The notes beneath the pieces are model-generated. The model did no database searches. It saw only the letters and a program-made list of their open reading frames with translations, and was not told the origin of the DNA. 64,000 nt of DNA from Octopus sinensis. Taxonomy: Eukaryota. This document shows, one piece after another, positions 53,126-64,000 of this stretch. Numbering within the stretch: position 1 is the first letter of the stretch; every line of letters starts with the position of its first letter. Made by a program: the position numbers and the translations under genes. The stretch is from NCBI RefSeq assembly GCF_006345805.1, contig NC_043008.1, forward strand, positions 18,538,001 through 18,602,000, in the 5' to 3' direction.

Positions 53126-54428
53126 AGAGTAGAAAAGTATATAAATGTAGGAAACCTGTGTTAGTGAGGGGCATAGCAAAGAGGTAGACACCGTTGATAA
53201 TCCGTGCAATGATGTACGTTGCTGCGAGATTAATGTTGAAACGAGAAAGATGAGAGAGAAACAGAGAGATGATATGTTTTTTTCTTTGTTATATTAGTTG
53301 CTTTAGTTATGGCGTTTGTAACATTGCCGTCACCACCAGCAACACTATACGACTAACATCATTATATGTTTTTTATATTTGTGAAGTTATTCGTACGGAT
53401 ATCCCATTGTTGTTGAGTAAAATTTGAAATAAACACTTAAATGTGTGTAGCACATCAATCATTTCGAGTTTGTTGTGCCAGACTATAATAGAACATTAAC
53501 TAAGAGAATTGACTTTACTTAAGACATACGTTTAACCTTTATGAACTTAATTGAAACGAATTCTAATTGATTTCATTGTATTTTTATTGTAAGTTATCAA
53601 ATACATTAAAAAAAAAGTGGCTGTCAATCGATTTTTTTTTAATGTGAACTGCAACATGTAAATTTAATACTGCATATGTGTATTTATAGATTTCGTAGTG
53701 ATTTTACAGTGAAGATGAATAATTCATGCCTTCCATAGCGATAGAGAGGATGGAGAGGATTCTGGTGATGATAAAGAGATGACAGCTAAGGTTGCTTCTT
53801 TTTTTCTTTTTCATTGGACTAAAATTTATATTTTGAAAAAATAAATGTAATTTAACATGAGAAGAGTTGGACCTGGATAGTCTCTTCACATGTTTAAATA
53901 TTTCAAAATTTAGTTGTTACACTTTGTATTAGTAATAATGTTGATGACGGCGGTGGTGGTAACGATGTGAACGGTGTGGTGGTGGTGGTGCTGCTGCTGC
54001 TACTGCCGCTGATATCGACAATGGTGGTGGTGAGACTGGAGAATTTTCTGTCTTTACTTTTGCGGGGTTGGCGTCAGTTACAGATAGCGCAGCGGTTATT
54101 TAGTGTACAGAATCCTGAAAATAGTTAAAATTGAGGCTTCCTTTTCTTCTCTGCTTCGGAGGTTTTTTTTAATTTCTTTACAATAATTTGGTGTAAAAAT
54201 AACTGGAGTTTTTTTTTATTACTTTACAGTAATTTTAGTATAAAAATAATTGGAGTTTATTTATTATTTCTTAATTACTTTATAGTAATTTTGGTATAAA
54301 AATAACTACGTCTGGGTTCCTATGAACATTCCACAGATCCATCTAATCTTAATAAAGTGGCATATTTGAGCGTGTAGTCGGAGGTATATTATTCCAGAAG
54401 TCAAAATGAGAATTAGTTGAATTGAATG

Positions 54429-54903
54429 TCTTTTACCATTGCTCTGCTCGAATACCATAACTCTTTTACCATCGCTCTGCTCGAATACCATAACTCTTTT
54501 ACCATCACTCTGCTCGAATAACATAACTATTTTACCATCACTCTGCTCGAATAACATGACTCTTTTACCATCACTCTGCTCGAATACCATAACTCTTTTA
54601 CCATCGCTCTGCTCGAATACCATAACTCTTTTACCATCGCTCTGCTCGAATACCATAACTCTTTTACCATCGCTCTGCTCGAATACCATAACTCTTTTAC
54701 CATCGCTCTGCTCGAATAACATAACTCTTTTACCATCACTCTGCTCGAATACCATAACTCTTTTACCATCACTCTGCTCGAATAACATAACTCTTTTATC
54801 ATCACTCTGCTCGAATACCATAACTCTTTTACCATCACTCTGCTCGAATAACATAACTCTTTTACCATCACTCTGCTCGAATACCATAACTCTTTTACCA
54901 TAA
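54429..54903. repeat. 33-bp minisatellite, ~14.4 copies
   Basis: Unit AATA(C/A)CATAACTCTTTTACCATC(G/A)CTCTGCTCG. Confidence 0.97.
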
Positions 54904-56742
54904 CACTTTTTCGGGAAAAAGACGAATCAAGAAGAACCTCCAGTCGAACCACATGTTAGAAAGTGTCTGCTCAACTTGTTAGAAATCGCAGTCAAATGTG
55001 TCTGAGATCACTTTAAAGTCTTATAAACGGGAAGGGTCAAATTGTACCAGGTAGTCACTGGGGATCCCTAAAACATGGTGGAGTGTAGTCATTTCTAAAA
55101 TGTAACACAAACCCAGTTTCTGCAAATATATAAAAATATATTTTTAACAAAACTATATACATAAACAGATTCCAAAATGTAATTTACCGTATCAACAAAT
55201 ATATTATATATATTTTCTACACTGTAACGTTTCCAAAGACAATTTCTGAAATTATCTTTGAAATTGATCAGCGTGAATAATTCTTTGAATGCTATAAATA
55301 ATGTAATCATATTATCTGTCTAATAAATAACATAATCGTGGTAAGTTGCTCAATTCTTCAAACGGTTACGATTCCCCACTGGAACCGTTTTCAATTTTTC
55401 TGTTATCATTGCACTGTAATTTCACCTGTAGACAAGCCAAGTTAAGGGGAGGTTCTCATATGATCACTAGACTTTGCGACAACTAGTATACTTATCATTT
55501 TTAAAATCACACGCTAGCATCTGAAAAATATAGAGGACATATTAGATAATACGTAGCTTCTCATATGCGTAGTCTACTGTTATAGGGACACACCCGGCAC
55601 TTACGAAGCTATACTTGTCGCAATATACCACATTTTGACCTGTTTCAAATACCTCTAAATTCAACAACGAGATCGAGAAATCGAGAAACATAGATGAAGC
55701 ATATATCAAAGAATTATCGATATTTAACCCACAAAAAAAACTGGAAGAATGGTTAGCATTTCGTTCGTCTTTACATTCTGAGTTCAAATTCCAGCAAGGT
55801 CGACTTTGCCTTTCATCCTTTCGAATCTGATAAAGTAAGAACTGGTTGAGCGCTTGGCTCGATGAAATCACTTAACTATCCCAAAATTCCAGATCTTGGT
55901 TCAGATCTTGAAACCGATAGTCAATCCACAAACACACATGTGTGTGGCCGTGTACAGGTATGCGATTTTAAAGCGTAACGCGTGTAATTAAAGCAATGGT
56001 TACATATATCCGTAGCAATAGGATATATGTGCATACTGGTGTATATGAATGTGTATATATAGATTGCTTAAATCAATGTGAAATCACGACACATTGATAT
56101 CGGCCATTCTTCAAATATCAAAAACCTAAACAAAATCTGTTACTGAATTATTCGTCCCCTTCACTAAATTACGTATGCTACAATCCGACCAAAACGTTAC
56201 GCATTATCTTTCACTAACAGCACCAACTACACATTCTTTTCCACTTCAAACAAATGAGTTCTCAACATCAAATCTATGGCCCAGTACTCTTGATGAAGCT
56301 ACACTCTACTCAGACTTTATGCCGAAAGGAGTGACAGCAATTCTGTGGATTTGACTCTGTGAAGAGTCACTTCTCTCAACAACAAATTCTAATAACTCTG
56401 GCTCAAAGCTTCGCCAACTAACTCTTACAAATATAACTTCTTTGTCTACCTAATCACTGAATACATCCAAGCATGAACCACTCTTCAACGATTACACTTC
56501 TTATATCGAAAATATATTATTTCACCGTTCCACGGAGTCATTGTGACCGGTGATTATGTTTTTATATGATTCTTCTTCGTTTACATGTACCAAACTGAAT
56601 GACATTTTGTGTTACTGCCCTGGATAGTGATCATTGAATATTAACAGATGTTACGTCTTGTACATCTGGAATAACGACATTGTACCGCAAAAATCTGGAT
56701 ATCAAAGAGCTAATTTATTCAGTGGATTTTTTCTTCTCCTAT

Positions 56743-56777
56743 GTTTCCGACGAAGAGCTCAGCTCGAAACGTTAAAC
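56743..56777 (+). ncRNA. Minimal hammerhead motif with U4C, in a Penelope-like fragment (56741-56868)
   Basis: GUUU-CCGACGA-A-GAGC[UCA]GCUC-GAAA-CGU-U/AAAC. Stems I and II are perfect; AACGUU palindrome. Confidence 0.7.
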
Positions 56778-56864
56778 CCTCCTCCTTTCATGAGAGTCCA
56801 ATAATACTATATTCATTCCACGTCCTCGCGTTGTTGTGTTTTTTTTTTGCTTTCTTGTTTGGAT

Positions 56865-56900
<36 letters not shown>

Positions 56901-56999
56901 CAGCACATCGAATGTCATGGCTTACTATTACTGGTACCAATCCTAATTCAGACTAATAACGGAGGATAATTCCTCTTCGAACAATGTCATATTTATAAA

Positions 57000-57088
57000 C
57001 CCTGAAGGGATTATACTAATAATGCATAAATCGCTGTATATAAATAAGTAACAATATGCAATTAGTGCGATCGAAACAAGTGTCGGAC
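57000..57088 (+). ncRNA. Decayed hammerhead motif (A9G, short stem I)
   Basis: CC-CUGAAGG-GAU.UA.UACUAAU[..]AUUAGUG.CG.AUC-GAAA-CAAGUG-UC/GG; TA-flanked segment 56898-57160. Confidence 0.5.
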
Positions 57089-57494
57089 AATTATTATAAA
57101 TAAACCAAGTAAACTTAAAGTTCGAATGTTCAAATTCTTCATTCCTTTATTATCAACATATATATATATATATAGCATGTATATAGGCATTGAAAAAATC
57201 TTTGGGAAATAGTGTCGTGCATATATTGCCTGATGAGAAACGGATATGGAGCGCCTCCAGATCCCCTTTTGATCAAGTATGAAGTCCATATATAACGGAC
57301 ATTACTGTGTTGATCTACCATGGCCAGAGCTAAGTACATAAAAACCACTGGCAATTTAAATGACATATAACCCCGTGTGTGTGCATGTGTGTGTGTGTCT
57401 GCGCGTGCATATCGAAGTATGTATACACACACACACACAAACATATTTATATATTATATATATATATAATATACATATATATATATATATATAT

Positions 57495-57530
<36 letters not shown>

Positions 57531-57544
57531 TATATATACATATA

Positions 57545-57709
57545 ACGACGGGCTTCTTTCAGGTTCCGTCCACCAAATCCACGCACAAGGCTTTGGTAGG
57601 CCCGAGGCTATAGTAGAAGACACTTGCCCAAGTAGCCAGGAAGTGGAACGGAACCTGGAACCATGCGGTTCGTAAACAAGCTACTTACCACACAGCCACT
57701 CTAACACCT
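57545..57709 (-). mobile_element. SINE family B head region
   Basis: Reverse complement of the family B head up to its TA tract. Confidence 0.85.
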
Positions 57710-58280
57710 ATATATAAATTTTCTTTAAGAATCCTCATTATTTGAAGTATAAAAATAACTGAAAAGTATATAATTTCAAAAGAATAACATTCCAAAGACA
57801 GAGTTATGTTTCTTTAGATTAGATTTCGCATTTGAAATAGAACGAAAGAATTCCCTGTTTTGTTTTCGTCTTCGTTTCGTTTTGGCTTTTATTTTATTTT
57901 TTGATTTTGTCGTTGTTTTGTTTTGTTCTGTTTTGTGTTCTTTCTGTTTTTGTTTCCATAAGTCATTAATGACTGCTATCATTCGAAGTAAGAACCATGT
58001 CTCATCTTGCTAAGAATTAGACTTCAAAGGATATATTCAAAGAAAGCACATACACTAATCAGCGACTTCGAAATTATGATTTATTTTTAAAAGAAGACAC
58101 ATTAGTAAAGAAACTTAATATAATGCCTAATTTCAGACGTTGGTTGAACAACAGAAGTAAGAGAGCAACAGGCAGAATGATATATATACACTATTATTGC
58201 AACGTTTGGTTTTAGTAATTGAAATATAGTAATACAGTGGTTGTGAAAGGTTTACAGATGCCTACCTAAAATGTATATAT

Positions 58281-58466
58281 AGGCGCAGGAGTGGCTGTGT
58301 GGGAAGAAGCTTGCTTACCAACCACATGATTCAGAGTTCAGTCCCGCTGCGTGGTATCTTGAGCAAGTGTATTCTACTATAGCCTCGGACCGACCAAAGC
58401 CCTGTGAGTGGATTTCGTAGACGGAGACTGAAAGAAGCCCGTCATATATATGTATGTATATATATA

Positions 58467-58556
<90 letters not shown>

Positions 58557-58945
58557 AAATAACAAAGGGTAAAATTAATTAATTAAGAATTAATCAATAA
58601 TTTCACCAAGTAGAATTCGGCAAGAAAAAAGGACCATTTCACGGTAAACTTAATTAATACTTAATAATTAGGGTTCAGCAAAGATTTGCTTTACCACATA
58701 CCGAAGTTTAGAAATAGCAGCCAAAAAAATCTTTGCTGAACCCTAATTATTAAGTATATATATACATATATATGTGTGTGTATATGTGCGTTTACAATTT
58801 TGCGTGTCTGTGTTTGTAACCCCTACATCGCTTGACAACTGATGCTGGTGCGTTTACGTCCTTGTAACTTAGCGGTTCGGCGAAAGTGCCCGATAAAATA
58901 AGTACTAGGCTTACAAACAATAAGTCATGGTGTTGATTTGCTATT
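58281..58945 (+). mobile_element. SINE family B split by a Penelope-like fragment (58556-58756) inserted in its internal TA tract
   Basis: Head at 58281-58445; the tail resumes at about 58790 (GTGTCTGTGTTTGT..CGCTTGACAAC..GCGGTTCGGCG). Confidence 0.85.
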
Positions 58946-59220
58946 GATAATGAAACATGTTTATGGTTTATCTATATTTTTGTTACTTTTCATTTGTCTT
59001 TGTCGTTTACGTTCTGGTGTTTGCTGAATTTTTTTGAGAATATTTCTTAGTGGTAAGACCATGGCGGATCTACACTTCTAGCATAAGGGTTGTCCACGTC
59101 ATTCCTCTAATATGTATATAATACAATTTTCTGAACCTTCAGATTTTAATATGCTAGAACACTGGTTTTAAATTGATATTAATCTAATTAATATCCAATG
59201 TTTCACCCTCATTTCAAATT

Positions 59221-59257
<37 letters not shown>

Positions 59258-59505
59258 TACGGAGATGTACTTCCATAGCAAGTGACCTGATGTGAGATGG
59301 TGTGCTGAAACAAAAACAACTGCAGCGTGGAAGGTGCTTTTAAGCCATTTCAAAACACACAAAAACCGTTAGATTCACTTCACTATTTAAATTAAATTTA
59401 CCCAAATATTTTCGTCGCTTCGAAACTGCGACCTGATCACTGACAAAATTCCGTGCTGCATCTGAGAAGGTAACGGCTTGTGCATCCCACTGATGCAATG
59501 CTGAG
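59258..59505. mobile_element. Penelope-like fragment carrying a G3-C8 hammerhead on the minus strand
   Basis: TA-flanked; homologous to 38196-38370. Confidence 0.65.
59395..59450 (-). ncRNA. Hammerhead variant with compensatory G3-C8 core
   Basis: AAUUUUGUCA-GUGAUCA-G-GUCGC[AGUUUCGAA]GCGAC-GAA-AAUAUU-U/. The 3' strand of stem I is decayed here but reads UGACAGAAU in the paralogue at about 38280. Confidence 0.65.
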
Positions 59506-60099
59506 ACGTATATATATATATACATATATAAAACCAGCTAAAATCCACTGTGTATTTATTTTATGTAGTTGTCTGTTTTTTTCTAGTTTCTTAGTGAAAT
59601 TTTGCGTCGCGTAATAATAACCTCATCAGCAATACCATGTCTTAAGTATCGTTTCCTAATTTTATTTTCAAATGTAATAAACACTCTATTTATTTCAATT
59701 ATTAGATTCAAATGTTTTGCTTTGGAAACGTTTCCCTTACCATTTCAATATTCAGTTCAACACTATCAGTGCAAAAATTAGGCTTCCTGTTGAAAGTTTT
59801 GTAACCGTAAATGACATTGTAAACGCTATTGATACAAATATAATTTTGTATCAACAATGTTCACAAAGCTATCTTTTGATGAAGTTCTTTTGGTCTTCCT
59901 ATGTACAAATATCGGGAGACGAACCTTCCTTTACTCGTTGAACAAGATTAGAGCTAGATATTCCAGCCAAGTTGAGTTTTACAATAGAGTTATCAATATT
60001 CTTAGTTTTGAGTCATTCCAAGTGTAAATGTTCCGCTGTTATTCAAAAGGTGGCTTTAAAATCATAACTTTAATTTGATATAGACAGTTATATATATTT

Positions 60100-60320
<221 letters not shown>

Positions 60321-60559
60321 AGGAAGAGTTTAGTAGCTTTAGTCAAATTTCCTTTCATAAAAGTTGTTTCAGACTCAAACGCATTTGATCGTTGATTTCG
60401 TTCAATACTCAGCATTTAAGTTGCTGAAAGGTCAAACACTTTGTATGTCTATGAAAACTATAGTAACACAAATTCTAGCTAAATTGTTTCTTCATATAGA
60501 TAATACCGTTTCTACTCACCTAGGCCCAGAAACAGCTGTAAAGGGTTCCTAAATATTCT

Positions 60560-61000
60560 CCTCTCTCTCTTATCCATGATGTTCGAATATCCACTCACCA
60601 GATATCAATGAAGAACTCCTACAAAAAAATGTACTCCGATTATCCTCCCTTTTTACCTGTGATATTAGAGTATTAACTTTCAGTCTATATATGTATGAAG
60701 AACTATAATGGACCTCTCCTTCTTTTATCTTTCTTCCCTGCTTAATCATATATATACTTACCTCCTGTATAACTAATTTATAGAGGATTCGATATCATTA
60801 GCAACTGTTTGCCCATCTTTCATTTTATTGTACTTTCGTAGTCTCGAATTGCTTTCGAGCACATTGCTTTCGATCAACATCTGCTTACCGGGATGCCCGA
60901 TTGACGTTGGAGTTTTGATATTTGACCTCAAATTGGCGATAACTGTTATAAGATTCTTTTAACGTATTCTATTAATCTTACACATTATACGAGTATTCTT
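60560..61000 (-). mobile_element. Possible very old CR1-type LINE remnant
   Basis: Minus-strand pieces LSREER*KKERSII and FCRSSSLISGEWIF loosely echo the CR1 C-terminal segments seen at 47915. Confidence 0.25.
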
Positions 61001-61467
61001 ACCTATATATATTGAACTTTCATTACATCAAGATACACTTGACCTGACGAGTAGCCTGCGGTATGCAACCACTTCTGAGCTTCCACTTGCCGTGAATCAA
61101 ACATAGCCCGGATCTTATCGGTTCCATTCCTTAACTCTTGTATTCTTATTCGCATCCCGGTAACCCTCGTCGACTACTATGAAATATAAAAGAACTTTTT
61201 CAGTTTATCGTACTTCGATACGAAGAAATCCACAAACTTACGTCTCAATAAACCATTACTGACATAAATTAACATAAATCGTAATGCATCTGATCACTCA
61301 CTAAGGGCAAAGTATTTTGTCTCTACTCTAGAAACCAACGAGGTCGTCCCATTATTTGGTCCCGTTCTAGGTCTGGTATATTGATATTTTGTTCCAGTCA
61401 AAATATCATAAAAACCTGTACAATCCTATGTATTAACAGGTTTATATAGTTTGTACTGTGTCGTTTA

Positions 61468-61775
61468 CGACGATAAGGGCTTCGATTGATGTGATCTCCG
61501 GAACAAGCTGTGCGCGAAATGAAAGAGCAAGTGGTTGGTTGAGCACTCCACAGATACGCGTACACTTAACATAGTCCTCAGGGAGATTCAGCGTGACACA
61601 GAATGTAAGAAATCTCTCCCTTTGAATTAGCGTTACAACTCATTTTTGTCAGCTGGGTAGACTGAAGTAACTTGAAATAAAGAGTTTCGTCCAAGGACAA
61701 AACGCGCTGCTTTATTAATCGAATTCAGGACCTTACGAATGTGAGCCGATTACACTAACCACTGAGCCACGCACC
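61468..61775 (-). mobile_element. Degenerate CORE-type SINE, head 2 plus tail Y
   Basis: Reverse complement: GGTGCGTGGCTCAGTGGTTAGTG head, CORE-like block, then GTCACGCTGAATCTCCCTGAG..GTGGAGTGCTCA tail. Confidence 0.8.
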
Positions 61776-62116
61776 GTCACTAGCAGATTTATATATTCAT
61801 ATCAAATATACATGCGAGAGCTTTTGCATCATGAGTGCATTTTTAATGTATTAAGAGACAAAATACACCCATAATCAAACGCATAAAAATACACACACGT
61901 ACAGGCATTTTCATGTGGACATACTCACATAAGTATGTGTAATGCTTACCGCATCACGCACCCTTTCATTGTGTTTGTGTATGTTATATATATATATACA
62001 TACATAGACACACACATACACATACATATCTATCTACCTATCTATCTATCTCTCTCTCTCTATATATATATATGCAGATTGATAGATAGGTAGATAGATA
62101 TGTATGTGTATGTGTG

Positions 62117-62167
<51 letters not shown>

Positions 62168-63230
62168 GTACGTATATATTCTACATGTATATAGTTTAGT
62201 GTGTTAGGATTGTCGATATTTTGAAGGCACTTGATATAAGAGATATGCATTTTGTTTGTTTTATATTCAATTGATTATTAAATATATTCTAAATGCCTTT
62301 CAAATCTGATATATAAAACCGTAACTTTACAATTATTTTAATGGTTTCACAAAAAGTAAGCTTACAGATTTCGTATGGTATAGTAGAAGTTATTACAGGC
62401 TATTATCCAGAACCCTTTCATGTGTACAGCGTGGTATTGCTTGAAGAGACTTTCCAAACATCTATCACTGAAGGAATAATTCCAAATTTGATCCGAGGAA
62501 GATAATATACATTGTCACATTTAAAATCTGCATTTTGGAATATTTATATATTTTCTTTCTGTGTAGGTTCGACATAATATTCATTCCTTAATTATTATAC
62601 ATGTTTCTCATATAAGTCTTAATAAACATTGCAGTGTTTCTCTGATCGTATCGTCTTTTCTGGGATTTTATTATTTGCATGTACTTAGAAAGCATTCAAA
62701 ATTTGTTGTACTTTTAAATTTTTATGTTCTCGTGAAAAATGCTGTCGATGGTAAATCTGATGTAAAGAGGGATTTCAAACAAAACAATCGAGAGTTTGTA
62801 TAAATTCGTCGGAAATGTTCAAACTGCATTCCGTAATATTGTCGATTTATTCCACAAAAGGTCTACTGCACTCGGTTGTATATAGAAGCTGTGGCGCCAC
62901 TCATACTTATGGAGGATCGATTGGCCGATAAAATTAATAAATTTCAAGGTTTTTGCTTCCATGTATCTCATACAGATTAATCGACAAATAGAACTGAGAA
63001 ATTATTAAATGATGAAAGTGTTTTATGAACAAAGTCTTCAATATTTTGAACATATTTCTTCAGATTCGCCCTTTAGTAGTACTCATCTCTCGTATTTACT
63101 TCCGACTATGTCTATAGCTAGAGCTACAACATAACGTTTTGATTTTATGACGCCCGTAACATTTTCTGTAATGTAAATATATTTCGTTTCGAAAACACAT
63201 GTAAATTTACGGAGGACCAAATATTACAAA

Positions 63231-63609
63231 TTTATATATATAAAGCTGAAGTTGTCTGTGTGTGGCAGGTTTTGTAGTCTTCAACTAACACTATCTTCTC
63301 CGAGACCCTTCGGCGGAAGTTGACCAAAATTGAGAGTATGATAGAAGAAGGCTTGCTCTTCATTCCGTAGAAGAAAAAATTCAAATCGGACCACAAATTA
63401 TTTACATCAAAAAGGTGCTTTTTTTCTATAAATATCCCTATTTTTTATGATTTTTTGACTGATGTGTCGCCATTTTCCGGTGTATTTCAACCTGAAAAAT
63501 GTTCACTTAGAGAGAATAACAAACTCTATAATGCAAAATTTTTACTTTTCAAAAATTCCAATTCTAAAGGGTCGAAAGAAACTCGAGCAACGCCGGGCGA
63601 TACTGCTAT
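63231..63609 (+). mobile_element. Non-autonomous Helitron sharing termini with 21081-21476
   Basis: 5' TTTATATATATAAAGCTGAAGTTGTCTGTG; 3' CTCGAGCAACGCCGGGCGATACTGCTA(T), a hairpin plus CTAG variant. Confidence 0.8.
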
Positions 63610-64000
63610 TATATTATAAACCTGTTTTAGAAACTCGAAACTGTATTAATTCTTTTTATTGTTTAGTATGAAGAAGAAACGCAGAACTCATAGGGAAAAT
63701 CGTAAAAAATTTATAACACCAGGTATATATCTAAACAGGTGATCACGTCTGGATACTTGAAAAATAGTGGATGTGCATAAATTTAGACTACGTGGACTAA
63801 TGGCTTTCTACTATCACAGTAAAATTGTACAACTCAATATACTAAATGGTCCACCCAATTGATTAGCTGTAAATAAAATATTACACTTAAATCCATCACG
63901 AGTCATTGCATACCTGTTATATATCCAGGTTGAATAGTACAATTGACAGGAAGTATGGTTAGCCAAGTACCGTTTATTTTACAAGAGTGGTCATATACTT

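Noticed and set aside
54429-54903. CRISPR-like array
   Set aside because: The repeats are contiguous with no unique spacers, in a eukaryotic context.
57230-57250. CTGATGAGAAAC
   Set aside because: No stem II or flanking complementarity.
63020-63068. Minus-strand CUGAAGA-AAUAU[..]AUAUU-GAAG motif
   Set aside because: GAAA is broken, there is no stem I, and AT-rich pairing is expected by chance.

Overview
AT-rich, microsatellite-saturated eukaryotic DNA with no confidently identifiable host protein-coding gene. Almost every ORF in the track is a translation of (TA)n, (GATA)n, (CA)n or trinucleotide repeats. The repeat inventory looks like an intergenic or intronic stretch of an Octopus-type coleoid cephalopod genome (my recognition of the repeats, not database-verified). 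It includes several tRNA-derived SINE families (about 25 copies) and degenerate LINEs (RTE, Tx1/L1, CR1-type). There is also a hAT (SPIN/GTF2IRD2-like) transposase relic with a nested Helitron, a second Helitron, a Tigger-like MITE, a ~370-bp palindrome and a 33-bp minisatellite. The most striking signal is a set of nine type I hammerhead-ribozyme motifs in short, mostly (TA)n-flanked Penelope-like/retrozyme-like insertions. Two match the consensus fully (15436-15542 and 49789-49882, minus strand, GUC cleavage sites, palindromic stem III suited to dimeric cleavage). One has a G3-C8 compensatory core, and six carry core or stem substitutions. The two intact ribozymes sit inside a perfect 93-bp inverted repeat and a 468-bp unit with terminal redundancy, respectively.
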